IMG/VR virus record: IMGVR_UViG_3300044723_002977
Coordinates: 1-47,506 of that record
Strand: one strand, 5' to 3'
DNA: 47,506 bases
Source of the DNA: a virus
Lineage: Duplodnaviria > Caudoviricetes
The notes below the pieces were generated by a model that worked only from the letters and a program-made list of their open reading frames with translations, made no database searches and was not told the DNA's origin. The first letter of the stretch is position 1, and each line of letters starts with the position of its first letter. A program made the translations under genes and the position numbers. Positions 27,993-35,570 of the stretch are shown one piece after another.

Positions 27993-28058
27993 TTGATACT
28001 GCTTAGGAACTGTTCCCCAGCCCACTGTTCTACTCCAATCACGCTGCGTGTAGCCCTT

Positions 28059-28571
28059 TCAGATCATACCAATAGCCATTTCAGTAGTCTCATCAACTCT
28101 TCTAGTCCATCCTTTACCGAATGTTTCAAATGTTGATAGTGACTCATAGTATTCTTGACGTGCAGCTTGATAGTTTTTGATTGTCTGTTCAACACCCTCA
28201 GACTCAACATAGTTAGATAGAGCTTTAAGTGTGTTTGGACCAATACCACCATCTGCAGTTGTACCAATCATTGTCTGAAGATACTTTGCAGCACGACCGG
28301 TACCAGCATTAACGCCAAAGTCAAAGACACAGAGATCAAGGCCTGACGGAAGGGATTCGGCTTTAACTCTGTCCCAGTAGTTCTTTTTGTAGATTGGTTC
28401 GACATCTTCGACCTCCAGGTCTTTCATATCTTTTGTACCACCCCATTCTTCGTACACCCGCTTGGTAACACCGAGATTTGTTTCTCCACCAGGATCTTTT
28501 GGATGGTTTACGTATCCACCTTCGTGATGTAAAATAGTCTCTAAACATTTTTCCCAATTTTCTGCTGCCAT
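28059..28571 (-). CDS. Endolysin, glycoside hydrolase family 108 with peptidoglycan-binding domain
   Basis: HEGGYVNHPKDPGGETNLGVT, FDFGVNAG, DGGIGPNT, FGKGWTRR. Confidence 0.92.
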   Translation of the reverse strand: MAAENWEKCLETILHHEGGYVNHPKDPGGETNLGVTKRVYEEWGGTKDMKDLEVEDVEPIYKKNYWDRVKAESLPSGLDLCVFDFGVNAGTGRAAKYLQTMIGTTADGGIGPNTLKALSNYVESEGVEQTIKNYQAARQEYYESLSTFETFGKGWTRRVDETTEMAIGMI

Positions 28572-28775
28572 TTACCAAGTTCCTTTTTCCATATAGCAAT
28601 TGTGATCAGGTTTATTTTCAACCTGTTGTACCCAATTCAATTCTTGGATCAATCGATTGTACCAGTTTTTATCATGCTGGTCATGTGCTCTATTCATATC
28701 ATCCATTAATGTTGATATGCGAGTCTGTATGTAATTCTCTCTTGCATTTGATTCTTTTTTAGCTGTACGTCTCAT
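28572..28775 (-). CDS. Hypothetical protein
   Basis: MRRTAKK...WYNRLIQELNWV. Confidence 0.6.
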   Translation of the reverse strand: MRRTAKKESNARENYIQTRISTLMDDMNRAHDQHDKNWYNRLIQELNWVQQVENKPDHNCYMEKGTW

Positions 28776-28905
28776 CAGCTTTTTCCTCTTCCACCCAAAT
28801 AGTTGTATAATCTGGTTCACCAGTTTCAGTCTTTACAACTTTATTACCGGAACAATCATATACCCATGGCCTTTTTGCTGGGTCCATTTGTATTTCGTTA
28901 TCCAT
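28759..28905 (-). CDS. Small acidic hypothetical protein (48 aa)
   Basis: Not in the ORF track: MDNEIQMDPAKRPWVYDCSGNKVVKTETGEPDYTTIWVEEEKADETYS; TGATG coupling and GAGG RBS. Confidence 0.55.
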   Translation of the reverse strand: MDNEIQMDPAKRPWVYDCSGNKVVKTETGEPDYTTIWVEEEKADETYS

Positions 28906-29036
28906 CAGTTCCTCTTTGTAAACGTATCTGGAATGTCAGACTGATTCTCACATTCACAATTGTAGCAAACATCATTTATACAATCTCTGCACTCGCTCTC
29001 ATTACAGTGGCATTCGTGTCCGCATTTCTTACACAT
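28905..29036 (-). CDS. Metallothionein-like Cys/His-rich small protein (43 aa)
   Basis: Not in the ORF track: MCKKCGHECHCNESECRDCINDVCYNCECENQSDIPDTFTKRN; 9 Cys and 2 His in the first 29 aa; AGGAGGT RBS. Confidence 0.65.
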   Translation of the reverse strand: MCKKCGHECHCNESECRDCINDVCYNCECENQSDIPDTFTKRN

Positions 29037-29049
29037 ATACACCTCCTAT

Positions 29050-29080
29050 AAAAGCAATAAGGAGCGGTTGCCCGCTCCTC
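29050..29080 (-). terminator. Intrinsic terminator-like hairpin
   Basis: GAGGAGCGG-GCAA-CCGCTCCTT followed by ATTGCTTTT; GNRA tetraloop. Confidence 0.7.
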
Positions 29081-29089
29081 ATATTTAGG

Positions 29090-29131
29090 TTAACTTAATG
29101 CATCATTTTCTTCTTCTGTATAAGGCCACAT
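29090..29131 (-). CDS. Candidate 13-aa micropeptide MWPYTEEENDALS
   Basis: ATG overlaps the upstream stop (TAATG) and the ORF ends just before the hairpin. Confidence 0.35.
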   Translation of the reverse strand: MWPYTEEENDALS

Positions 29132-29262
29132 TATTTATATCCGTTTACTTCCGCAGTTAGTCTTCTTTCCAGCTCAGCTAAAGTGAATTGACTTTCACGG
29201 TAGCGTAGTGGATTACCAGTATACAAGTTCAATGAAAATATCTTTTTAAGAATTTTACTCAC
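29131..29262 (-). CDS. Small hypothetical protein (43 aa)
   Basis: GTG start at 29262 with GGAGG RBS; SKILKKIFSLNLY...ELERRLTAEVNGYK. Confidence 0.5.
   Translation of the reverse strand: MSKILKKIFSLNLYTGNPLRYRESQFTLAELERRLTAEVNGYK
29132..29139 (-). promoter_or_regulatory. T4-type late promoter (TATAAATA)
   Basis: Exact consensus overlapping a stop codon. Confidence 0.5.
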
Positions 29263-29518
29263 CAGTAACCTCCTTATGGACTCTGTCAATTGTCTTCTTA
29301 TTGAGTTCATGCAAGAGATGATAGTAATCATCTTTTCTGTATTCACCGTATCTGATCATCTGCTCAGCAACATATTCATTGGCTTTGGTTTGTCTTGCAA
29401 CCATCATACCAATCATAACACCTTGAAGAGTTCTTTTGATGCCATTAGTTATAGTTTTTAGAACGCTCAGGAATCCATCAAGCAGACTCAGTGAGTAGTT
29501 CAGCGCTATTGTTGTCAT
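29255..29518 (-). CDS. Hypothetical protein downstream of hsp20
   Basis: MTTIALNY start with GAGG RBS. Confidence 0.65.
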   Translation of the reverse strand: MTTIALNYSLSLLDGFLSVLKTITNGIKRTLQGVMIGMMVARQTKANEYVAEQMIRYGEYRKDDYYHLLHELNKKTIDRVHKEVTGE

Positions 29519-29939
29519 TTGTTTCCTCGTTTTTTCCAATTAGAATTTTACGAGGCTGCTTCTCTTTAGGCAGAACGACTTCAAGGTTGACAGCCAAGAT
29601 TCCGTCCTCAAGATCTGCTCCAGTGACTTCAGTGTATTCTGATAGTCTAAATGACTTAGTCCAGTTCTTTGCACTAATACCTTTATGAACGTATCTATTT
29701 TGTTCACGTCTTTGTGGACGCTCACCTTTGATAGTAAGGACATGATCCTTAACTTCAATATCAATATGTTCTTGTTTGAATCCAGCCACAGCCATCTCAA
29801 CGGTGAATTTCATTTCATCGTTCTTTACGACGTTGTGTGGTGGGTAGGTATCCTTCGCGTGCTTGTGAATGCTCTCAAGCTGATCGAAGATGTGGTCGAA
29901 ACCGATGAAACCCGAACGCGGGTATACTAATCCAGTCAT
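29478..29939 (-). CDS. hsp20: Small heat shock protein (Hsp20/IbpA-like)
   Basis: FIGFD, YPPHNV, EMAVAGF, YVHKGIS, ADLEDGIL. Confidence 0.95.
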   Translation of the reverse strand: MTGLVYPRSGFIGFDHIFDQLESIHKHAKDTYPPHNVVKNDEMKFTVEMAVAGFKQEHIDIEVKDHVLTIKGERPQRREQNRYVHKGISAKNWTKSFRLSEYTEVTGADLEDGILAVNLEVVLPKEKQPRKILIGKNEETNDNNSAELLTESA

Positions 29940-29995
29940 ATGTTCCTCCTATTGACTAGCAAGGTTAAGTTATGGACCCGCGGCGCGGCATCCAA
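29937..29995 (-). ncRNA. ROSE-like RNA thermometer in the hsp20 5' UTR
   Basis: GC-rich hairpin at 29993-29974, then CCUUGCUA-GUCAA-UAGGAGG (29964-29945), where UUGCU with a bulged G pairs with the Shine-Dalgarno sequence. Confidence 0.72.
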
Positions 29996-29998
29996 AAT

Positions 29999-30006
29999 TA
30001 TTTAGC
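29999..30006 (-). promoter_or_regulatory. Late promoter variant (GCTAAATA) upstream of the hsp20 leader
   Basis: CTAAATA 5 nt before the first leader hairpin. Confidence 0.45.
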
Positions 30007-30253
30007 TTCCAATCTCTATAGTTGCTAAATTTTTTTGAGAAAATTGTTCATATAAGAACTGTACGTCGTTCTTACCATACTTGAGACTATTTCTCGTAAA
30101 CGGTTTATGGTCAAGAAACTGACACTCCCATAGTTTCTTTTTACCTTTGTAAAATGGAATAACAGACCCAACCATATCACCATGAGGTGAGTAGGCAAAG
30201 TACTGCCAGTATCCATTATCATGTCTTACTTTATCCCATCTAAATTCATTCAT
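30002..30253 (-). CDS. Hypothetical protein
   Basis: Aromatic-rich 83-aa ORF with ATGA coupling. Confidence 0.6.
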   Translation of the reverse strand: MNEFRWDKVRHDNGYWQYFAYSPHGDMVGSVIPFYKGKKKLWECQFLDHKPFTRNSLKYGKNDVQFLYEQFSQKNLATIEIGS

Positions 30254-30423
30254 CGTAACATAACCATAAGTAATTTTATAGAACTATACATCATAATTGC
30301 TATAATCAATGCAAAAGTATGACTATCTGTAATATGTTTTATTATACCACCAAATATGCAAATGGCAACGATAAAACATAATTCACCCCAGCTGTCAACT
30401 AAACTGTCATTGGTAAGTTGCAT
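30250..30423 (-). CDS. Small two-TM membrane protein
   Basis: Two hydrophobic segments; start uncertain. Confidence 0.5.
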   Translation of the reverse strand: MQLTNDSLVDSWGELCFIVAICIFGGIIKHITDSHTFALIIAIMMYSSIKLLMVMLR

Positions 30424-30991
30424 GTTCTTTAAACACCCACGAGTTTTCGAGTGACACAAAGTACAGAGGTCCACCTACATACCAATTAGGTGCTGGTCTG
30501 GTCTTCTGCCAGCGTGCAAAGGCAAACTTGTACATATTGTAGAAGTTACGATATCCTTTGATAGGATCTTTCTTTTTAGCTTGGTCAGGCATAGCTTGTA
30601 CAAACTCTGTCTTGCGTTGATAGAGGAAGTCAAGATACTTCTCTTGTGCTTCACAAACCATAACCAAACCCTCAGATGCATGAGCCTTGTTATACCGCTT
30701 TGAGTACTCAAGACACATAGCACGAGTATGTTTGATTAACCATTTGTAGTTTCCTCTCGACTCAGCAAGCCATAAGGTACAAGGATGCTTGCAGACTGAT
30801 AGCGGATAGCCATACAGTCCTAGCGTTTGAGAAGGGAGAGAAGAGTCAGCACCCTTGTACCTATCTTTGTAATTCATATCTATAACAGCAGAGAACATCT
30901 GAATAGATTCAACAATCATCTTCACAATGTGCTGGTCGCACATCATCTCAGCTGCTATTCTTGGGTTACGATCTAAAGCAAATATATTCAT
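30407..30991 (-). CDS. Pyrimidine dimer DNA glycosylase/DenV-family-like protein
   Basis: MNIFALD..P..AA..MCDQHIVKM..ESIQM, HPCTLW, NYKWL, EY.KRY...H, QAMPD motifs. Confidence 0.75.
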   Translation of the reverse strand: MNIFALDRNPRIAAEMMCDQHIVKMIVESIQMFSAVIDMNYKDRYKGADSSLPSQTLGLYGYPLSVCKHPCTLWLAESRGNYKWLIKHTRAMCLEYSKRYNKAHASEGLVMVCEAQEKYLDFLYQRKTEFVQAMPDQAKKKDPIKGYRNFYNMYKFAFARWQKTRPAPNWYVGGPLYFVSLENSWVFKEHATYQ

Positions 30992-31404
30992 TATACTCTT
31001 GCCTCAAATTCAACACGCTTAAGCGATTTGTTAATAATCTCATTAGAACGGTTGTGTGCCATCTTCAGAAAACCATCGCGACCAAACTGCTCAAGAACAG
31101 CTGCTTCAATAATCCAACGATAGTACTGAGTAATACGATCTTCGATGATATCCCACTTATTAGCATTCGAAGCATAGATAGGAAGATCACGAGTACGAAG
31201 GTTAGAATCTAGAACACGAAGCTCACGACCACGATTCATCAAACCATTGTTGAAGATGTCATGTACAACATTCTGTGCACGACGGAAACGATCAAGACGC
31301 TTGTTCTTAGTATAGCGCTTCTCACAAGGACCAGTCATTGGTACACGCTCATTGAGCAAATCAATAACAGTCTCAAGGTCACCTAAAGTTCTTTCCATCC
31401 ACAT
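30991..31404 (-). CDS. Hypothetical early protein
   Basis: First gene after an early promoter; GAGGAG RBS. Confidence 0.7.
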   Translation of the reverse strand: MWMERTLGDLETVIDLLNERVPMTGPCEKRYTKNKRLDRFRRAQNVVHDIFNNGLMNRGRELRVLDSNLRTRDLPIYASNANKWDIIEDRITQYYRWIIEAAVLEQFGRDGFLKMAHNRSNEIINKSLKRVEFEARV

Positions 31405-31411
31405 AATATAT

Positions 31412-31500
31412 TCTCCTCTTATTTCTCACTCTATATACTATCGCATATAATGAAATAAATGTCAACCTCTGATTTGTTTATTTCTTTTTAACTTTTTTAA
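31412..31500 (-). promoter_or_regulatory. Early promoter cassette copy 3
   Basis: A-tracts, TTGACA(31465-31460)-17-GATAGT(31442-31437), then ATATAGAGTGAGAAATAAGAGGAG. Confidence 0.72.
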
Positions 31501-31596
31501 ACCATAGCTATGATACTTGACATGCTTCAAGGGAGGCTTCTTCATCTCAGCTTTGAGAGGTGAATTGTTAGCATATGTCAAATCATCTTTGGGCAT
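31462..31596 (-). CDS. Small basic hypothetical protein (44 aa)
   Basis: Not in the ORF track: MPKDDLTYANNSPLKAEMKKPPLKHVKYHSYGLKKLKRNKQIRG; weak RBS. Confidence 0.35.
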   Translation of the reverse strand: MPKDDLTYANNSPLKAEMKKPPLKHVKYHSYGLKKLKRNKQIRG

Positions 31597-31789
31597 AAGA
31601 TAAACACTCGTTCCATATTTCAGTTAATGCATTGAATACATCTTCCTTATCCATATGTACTACAAGATCCATTTGAGGTTTCATAATATCAACCCACTCT
31701 TCAAAATTATCACATTCTAGAACAACATCAGAAGCTGCTTCAAAAAATTGATCTTCAAGATCCATTGCCATTGCTTTTACTTTACCCAT
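31583..31789 (-). CDS. Hypothetical acidic protein
   Basis: MGKVKAMAMDLEDQF start with AGGAG RBS. Confidence 0.65.
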   Translation of the reverse strand: MGKVKAMAMDLEDQFFEAASDVVLECDNFEEWVDIMKPQMDLVVHMDKEDVFNALTEIWNECLSYAQR

Positions 31790-31800
31790 AATATATCTCC

Positions 31801-31884
31801 TTACCAAACCAGCAGAATAGGAACTGCTGCACAAACTACTACGAAAATCAAACCAGCCAACAATTGTTCAACATTATATGACAT
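31801..31884 (-). CDS. Single-TM micropeptide (27 aa)
   Basis: Not in the ORF track: MSYNVEQLLAGLIFVVVCAAVPILLVW; AGGAG RBS and TAATG coupling. Confidence 0.55.
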   Translation of the reverse strand: MSYNVEQLLAGLIFVVVCAAVPILLVW

Positions 31885-32186
31885 TATACTGTCTCCTTCT
31901 CACCAAGACGAGTAAAACCAAAACCAGATACTACAAACATCCGGCCGCGGTCATCACGAATGATGTCACCAACTGATACTGAATGCATACGGTCTAAACG
32001 ATTGATCTTTGACTCAGGACCAATATTGCCAATCTCGAACACCTGATCCATATCAGCAGCTTCGATCTCACAAACAATCTTGTAATCTCTGATTACATCA
32101 ATAGGGTTAACTTCACCGAACATACGAGCATTGATAGCTGCTTCGGTTGTCTTATCACCCTTATTTTGCAAAACTTGATAAATCAT
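31884..32186 (-). CDS. YodL-like hypothetical early protein
   Basis: QVFEIGN...MHSVSVGDII...FVVSGFGF motif. Confidence 0.65.
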   Translation of the reverse strand: MIYQVLQNKGDKTTEAAINARMFGEVNPIDVIRDYKIVCEIEAADMDQVFEIGNIGPESKINRLDRMHSVSVGDIIRDDRGRMFVVSGFGFTRLGEKETV

Positions 32187-32191
32187 TGTAC

Positions 32192-32283
32192 TCTCCTCTG
32201 TTTCTCACTATATATATCTTCCGATATATTAGTTAAAAAGGCAACAACTAATTTCAGTTTTTTTCAATTTTTTTTATTTTTTA
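32192..32283 (-). promoter_or_regulatory. Early promoter cassette copy 4
   Basis: Long A-tract UP element, TTGCCT(32244-32239)-17-GAAGAT(32221-32216), then ATATATAGTGAGAAACAGAGGAG. Confidence 0.68.
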
Positions 32284-32502
32284 TTCGTAGGTGTTGATAC
32301 CAAGCCATGCGCTAAAGCCAAACACTTCCATAATCATAAAAGTAAAGAACATGATTACCATAGCCCACATGATTAGTTTACCATTGAAGTTTGATGCAGC
32401 AAGTTTGATAGCAAGGATCTCGTTACCAAAGAATCTGAGCATTAACTCAAACTCATTCTCATCGCTTTTTACTTCTATTGATTTTTTCTTTTCTTCAGCC
32501 AT
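32281..32502 (-). CDS. Small membrane protein
   Basis: C-terminal TM; TAATG coupling. Confidence 0.6.
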   Translation of the reverse strand: MAEEKKKSIEVKSDENEFELMLRFFGNEILAIKLAASNFNGKLIMWAMVIMFFTFMIMEVFGFSAWLGINTYE

Positions 32503-32990
32503 TATTCATGTTCTCCACCATATGGATCTTTATAAGGACGTCCTTCAATCCATAATGTTCTAGCTCTACTTGGTGTAGATGTTGGAAACTTTTTAAAGAA
32601 TCCAGGATTAGTTTTTGCAACTTCAAAAGTACCTACTGTGACTACAATGGCAGCAAGAACAAGAGCATGAGCAATCATACTTACACCCATGACCCAAAAA
32701 CTACCTAAGTACATACTGAATACTATACACCACATCCAAGCAAGTACTTGAAGTACCATATGTCTTACTTGTAAGTCTGGAATATGTTTAAGAGGATTAA
32801 TGTCTGCATCCATAACACCATTCCAGCTGTTAACTACCATTTCTCTCATTGGATTAACTCCTGTTTCAAATATCAATTTATTTGGATAGTGAGCATCTAC
32901 AGTGTCTTTGTAATCTATTGCATTATATAAATCATCAAACACTTTAGAAACTTTTCCTTCTCTAAAGTATGCTGTTACTCTGTAAAGCAT
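32502..32990 (-). CDS. Membrane protein with probable internal start at 32849
   Basis: NPLKHIPD..VRHMVLQVLAWMWCIVFS with two TM segments; AGGAG precedes Met48. Confidence 0.65.
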   Translation of the reverse strand: MLYRVTAYFREGKVSKVFDDLYNAIDYKDTVDAHYPNKLIFETGVNPMREMVVNSWNGVMDADINPLKHIPDLQVRHMVLQVLAWMWCIVFSMYLGSFWVMGVSMIAHALVLAAIVVTVGTFEVAKTNPGFFKKFPTSTPSRARTLWIEGRPYKDPYGGEHE

Positions 32991-33187
32991 TAGCTTGACC
33001 TTGAGTTATATTGAATTGATAACTCATCAGCTACTCTGAGTGCTTCTTGTTCTGATCTGGCACCTTCATTAATAGTGATAGTTTGTTCAATACCACCATT
33101 TGGGTTTCTAACTTGAACAGTCCACTGGCCATTGGTGTTCTGCGTTTCAGACAAAAATGGCATACATGTTATAGTATAATCACTCAT
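32990..33187 (-). CDS. Hypothetical protein
   Basis: Coupled to regA (ATGA) and to the next gene (TAATG). Confidence 0.6.
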   Translation of the reverse strand: MSDYTITCMPFLSETQNTNGQWTVQVRNPNGGIEQTITINEGARSEQEALRVADELSIQYNSRSS

Positions 33188-33579
33188 CGCTTCTTTCCTA
33201 TATTATATTTTGGTGTCAATGTCCACTCATCCTTTTCTTTGAATGGAAGTACTTTGATTTGACTAATGTTTGCAATTGGATCTGTAGATTTGTTTGGATC
33301 AACAAGACTGATTAGTCCCCACTCTGCCAATAGATTAGCAATAGTGTTTCTTCTTGCAACATCATCATCTGCAAAGTTAGTTGGTTTGCCATCAAGTGCA
33401 AACAATTCTTTGAAATGTACGAGAAAGTATCTACCCTGTTTGTGTAGAATATGACAGCTCTGATATAGAGTTCTGTCTTTTCTTGATGCAACTCCAATAC
33501 GAGTTAATGTCTCTCTAACTTTTAGGAAGTCGTCATCATTGTTGAGTTTAATCTCAACCATCTGATCAATATTGGTCAT
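33184..33579 (-). CDS. regA: Translational repressor RegA
   Basis: DDFLKVRETLTRIGVAS, LYQSCHILHKQG, VHFKELF, RRNTIA.LL. Confidence 0.97.
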   Translation of the reverse strand: MTNIDQMVEIKLNNDDDFLKVRETLTRIGVASRKDRTLYQSCHILHKQGRYFLVHFKELFALDGKPTNFADDDVARRNTIANLLAEWGLISLVDPNKSTDPIANISQIKVLPFKEKDEWTLTPKYNIGKKR

Positions 33580-33944
33580 TTCACTCCACCTTTATAATTT
33601 TTCAATCGTTCTATATGTTCATCACTAAGAATACCAACTACATCTTTCGCTTTAGTTATACTGTAGCCATAGTATTCTTGGATCGCTTCAAGAACATCAA
33701 GCTCCTGCTTTTTGTTCCACTTACTAAACCGTTTCTTCTTTCTTATGCTATTTAGTAAATAGTCAAACTGCAGCTGATGATCTACATGGTGGTTGCAGTT
33801 CATCTCATTAGCTTGAAAGGTAGTGTCAATGAAATATGATAGGCCTTTGTTTACAATGAACGGAACATACTCCTTTTCATTGTCTTCTGTAATAACACCA
33901 CTCTTCTTGTAAGTGATGTCATTAATAATCTCAAATGGATTCAT
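33576..33944 (-). CDS. gp62: Clamp loader small subunit, gp62-like
   Basis: YVPFIVNKGLS, ANEMN, QFDYLLNSIRKKKRFSKW; gene order 45-44-62-regA. Confidence 0.92.
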   Translation of the reverse strand: MNPFEIINDITYKKSGVITEDNEKEYVPFIVNKGLSYFIDTTFQANEMNCNHHVDHQLQFDYLLNSIRKKKRFSKWNKKQELDVLEAIQEYYGYSITKAKDVVGILSDEHIERLKNYKGGVK

Positions 33945-34879
33945 TACTCAAATTCCACATCGATCATAATCTCCGTCAAACATGCAACCAGATTAACTTC
34001 TGGATCTGCAACAAATGCAGCTTTGTATTGATAGTCCGCAAGGATCATAACAAGTTTAGGTATGAACTCGTCTTTAACGTGCTTATTGGACGAGTCATAC
34101 AACTTACGGAAAATAGCTTGCGGATCGTTATCAAGATTTTCACCTACCCAACTCCTCATCTTAGTAAAGTTTTTGTCTTTCAAATATTCAACTAGCTGAA
34201 CGATAGATACATCAGAAACAGCTGCAAGCAGACCACTATCAATCCTACCAGATACGGAATAACGCTGTAGCTGGTTAAGTACTCTTCTAAAGTCTGGAAA
34301 GTGCTTCTTGATAACTTCTGCGACAACCTTTTCGTCATACTCGACGTTGTTCTCTTGAAGTATGTTCTTGACTCTCTTAAACAGCTCAGCAGCAATCTGT
34401 GGCTTTTCTTTAGAAGGGATACCAACTTCAATAACAGCACACCTGGAGTGCAAAGGATCAATAATCCTGTTGCGATAATTGCATGTGAGAATGAAACCGC
34501 AGTTAGCTGAAAACTCTTCCATGAAATTGCGAAGAGCTGGTTGAGTAGATTGGGGATTGAGATAATCCGCTTCATCCAAGATAACATACTTGCGTCCACC
34601 TGTCAGTGACATTGCTGATGCAAAGTTCTGTATATCAGTTCTCAAGGTATCAATGTTACCTTTCATCGAACCATTGATAACTATATAGTCGCAACCAAGC
34701 TCATTTAGTATAGCTTTTGCCACACTAGTTTTACCAACACCAGGTCCACCACTAAGCAGCAGATTAGGTATATGCTTCTTGTCTACAAATTGTTGAAAAG
34801 TGCTCTTTAGCTCTTCAGGTAATATGCACTCACTGACCGTCTGCGGACGGTACTTCTCTACCCATAATACTTGTTCCAT
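33944..34879 (-). CDS. gp44: Clamp loader ATPase subunit, gp44-like
   Basis: LWVEKYRP, GGPGVGKT, ILDEAD, PLHSRC. Confidence 0.96.
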   Translation of the reverse strand: MEQVLWVEKYRPQTVSECILPEELKSTFQQFVDKKHIPNLLLSGGPGVGKTSVAKAILNELGCDYIVINGSMKGNIDTLRTDIQNFASAMSLTGGRKYVILDEADYLNPQSTQPALRNFMEEFSANCGFILTCNYRNRIIDPLHSRCAVIEVGIPSKEKPQIAAELFKRVKNILQENNVEYDEKVVAEVIKKHFPDFRRVLNQLQRYSVSGRIDSGLLAAVSDVSIVQLVEYLKDKNFTKMRSWVGENLDNDPQAIFRKLYDSSNKHVKDEFIPKLVMILADYQYKAAFVADPEVNLVACLTEIMIDVEFE

Positions 34880-34881
34880 AA

Positions 34882-35553
34882 TCACTCATACTTACTATTG
34901 TTTTCACATGCAATCCAATACTGCATACTCTTGTCAGTTGACTTGAGATAGACAACACCACCAGATGTAACTTTAACGTCATAGCTGCCAGGCATCATCT
35001 TCAAGTTCTCAACACTCAGTACAGCTTGGAAAGCAATCCGTTGTTGTTCTAAGTCACCAACCTTTCTTTCGAAAGTGTTCGTTGCAGTATTCTTAGTATC
35101 CCTTGCAACGATATAAATGTCACCATCTTTTCCTTCAATTGTTATCTCAGGTAAAGATAAAACATTCGCACCTTGTAAGATAGACTTGTAGTCATTCTCA
35201 CCAAGTGTGAACTCTGCTATGACATTCTCTACTGCAATAGGTTTGTCAGGTGGTGAGAACACCATCTCTGGATCAGCAAAGAAATACTTAGACTGGGTTG
35301 CACCAGACTTAATAGTAATGTAGTGATCATTGAAGAAGAGATCAGGATCTTGGAAGAGACTGAGAACACCTAACAATCTATTCAATTCATAGATTGCAAA
35401 GTCTTGAGGAAACTCTTCCTCGATCACAGCCTCTCCTAAGATCGTCTTCTGAGGAGATACGGTTCTCAATTTGTTACCTTTGCGAATCACCAGGGAGGGG
35501 TTGATGTTTGCAAAGTTCTTGAGAACCGCAATAGTCTTTTCACTTAATTCCAT
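34882..35553 (-). CDS. gp45: Sliding clamp, gp45-like
   Basis: MELSEKTIAVLKNFANIN, FAIYELN, ENLKMMPGSY, YWIACE. Confidence 0.93.
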   Translation of the reverse strand: MELSEKTIAVLKNFANINPSLVIRKGNKLRTVSPQKTILGEAVIEEEFPQDFAIYELNRLLGVLSLFQDPDLFFNDHYITIKSGATQSKYFFADPEMVFSPPDKPIAVENVIAEFTLGENDYKSILQGANVLSLPEITIEGKDGDIYIVARDTKNTATNTFERKVGDLEQQRIAFQAVLSVENLKMMPGSYDVKVTSGGVVYLKSTDKSMQYWIACENNSKYE

Positions 35554-35570
35554 AACAAAATTCCATTTCA

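Noticed and set aside
27878-28060. Possible tRNA or riboswitch in the structured intergenic region
   Set aside because: No cloverleaf, T-loop or recognisable aptamer consensus; only simple hairpins.
28803-29051. 82-aa plus-strand ORF in an apparent gap
   Set aside because: The gap is better explained by two coupled minus-strand small ORFs with clear RBSs.
32251-32283. Long T-runs as a terminator or slippage site
   Set aside because: No preceding stem; on the coding strand they are A-tracts positioned as the UP element of an early promoter.
33745-33760. CTAAATA late-promoter-like motif inside gp62
   Set aside because: Explained by the LLNS coding sequence; it cannot be told apart from chance without TSS data.
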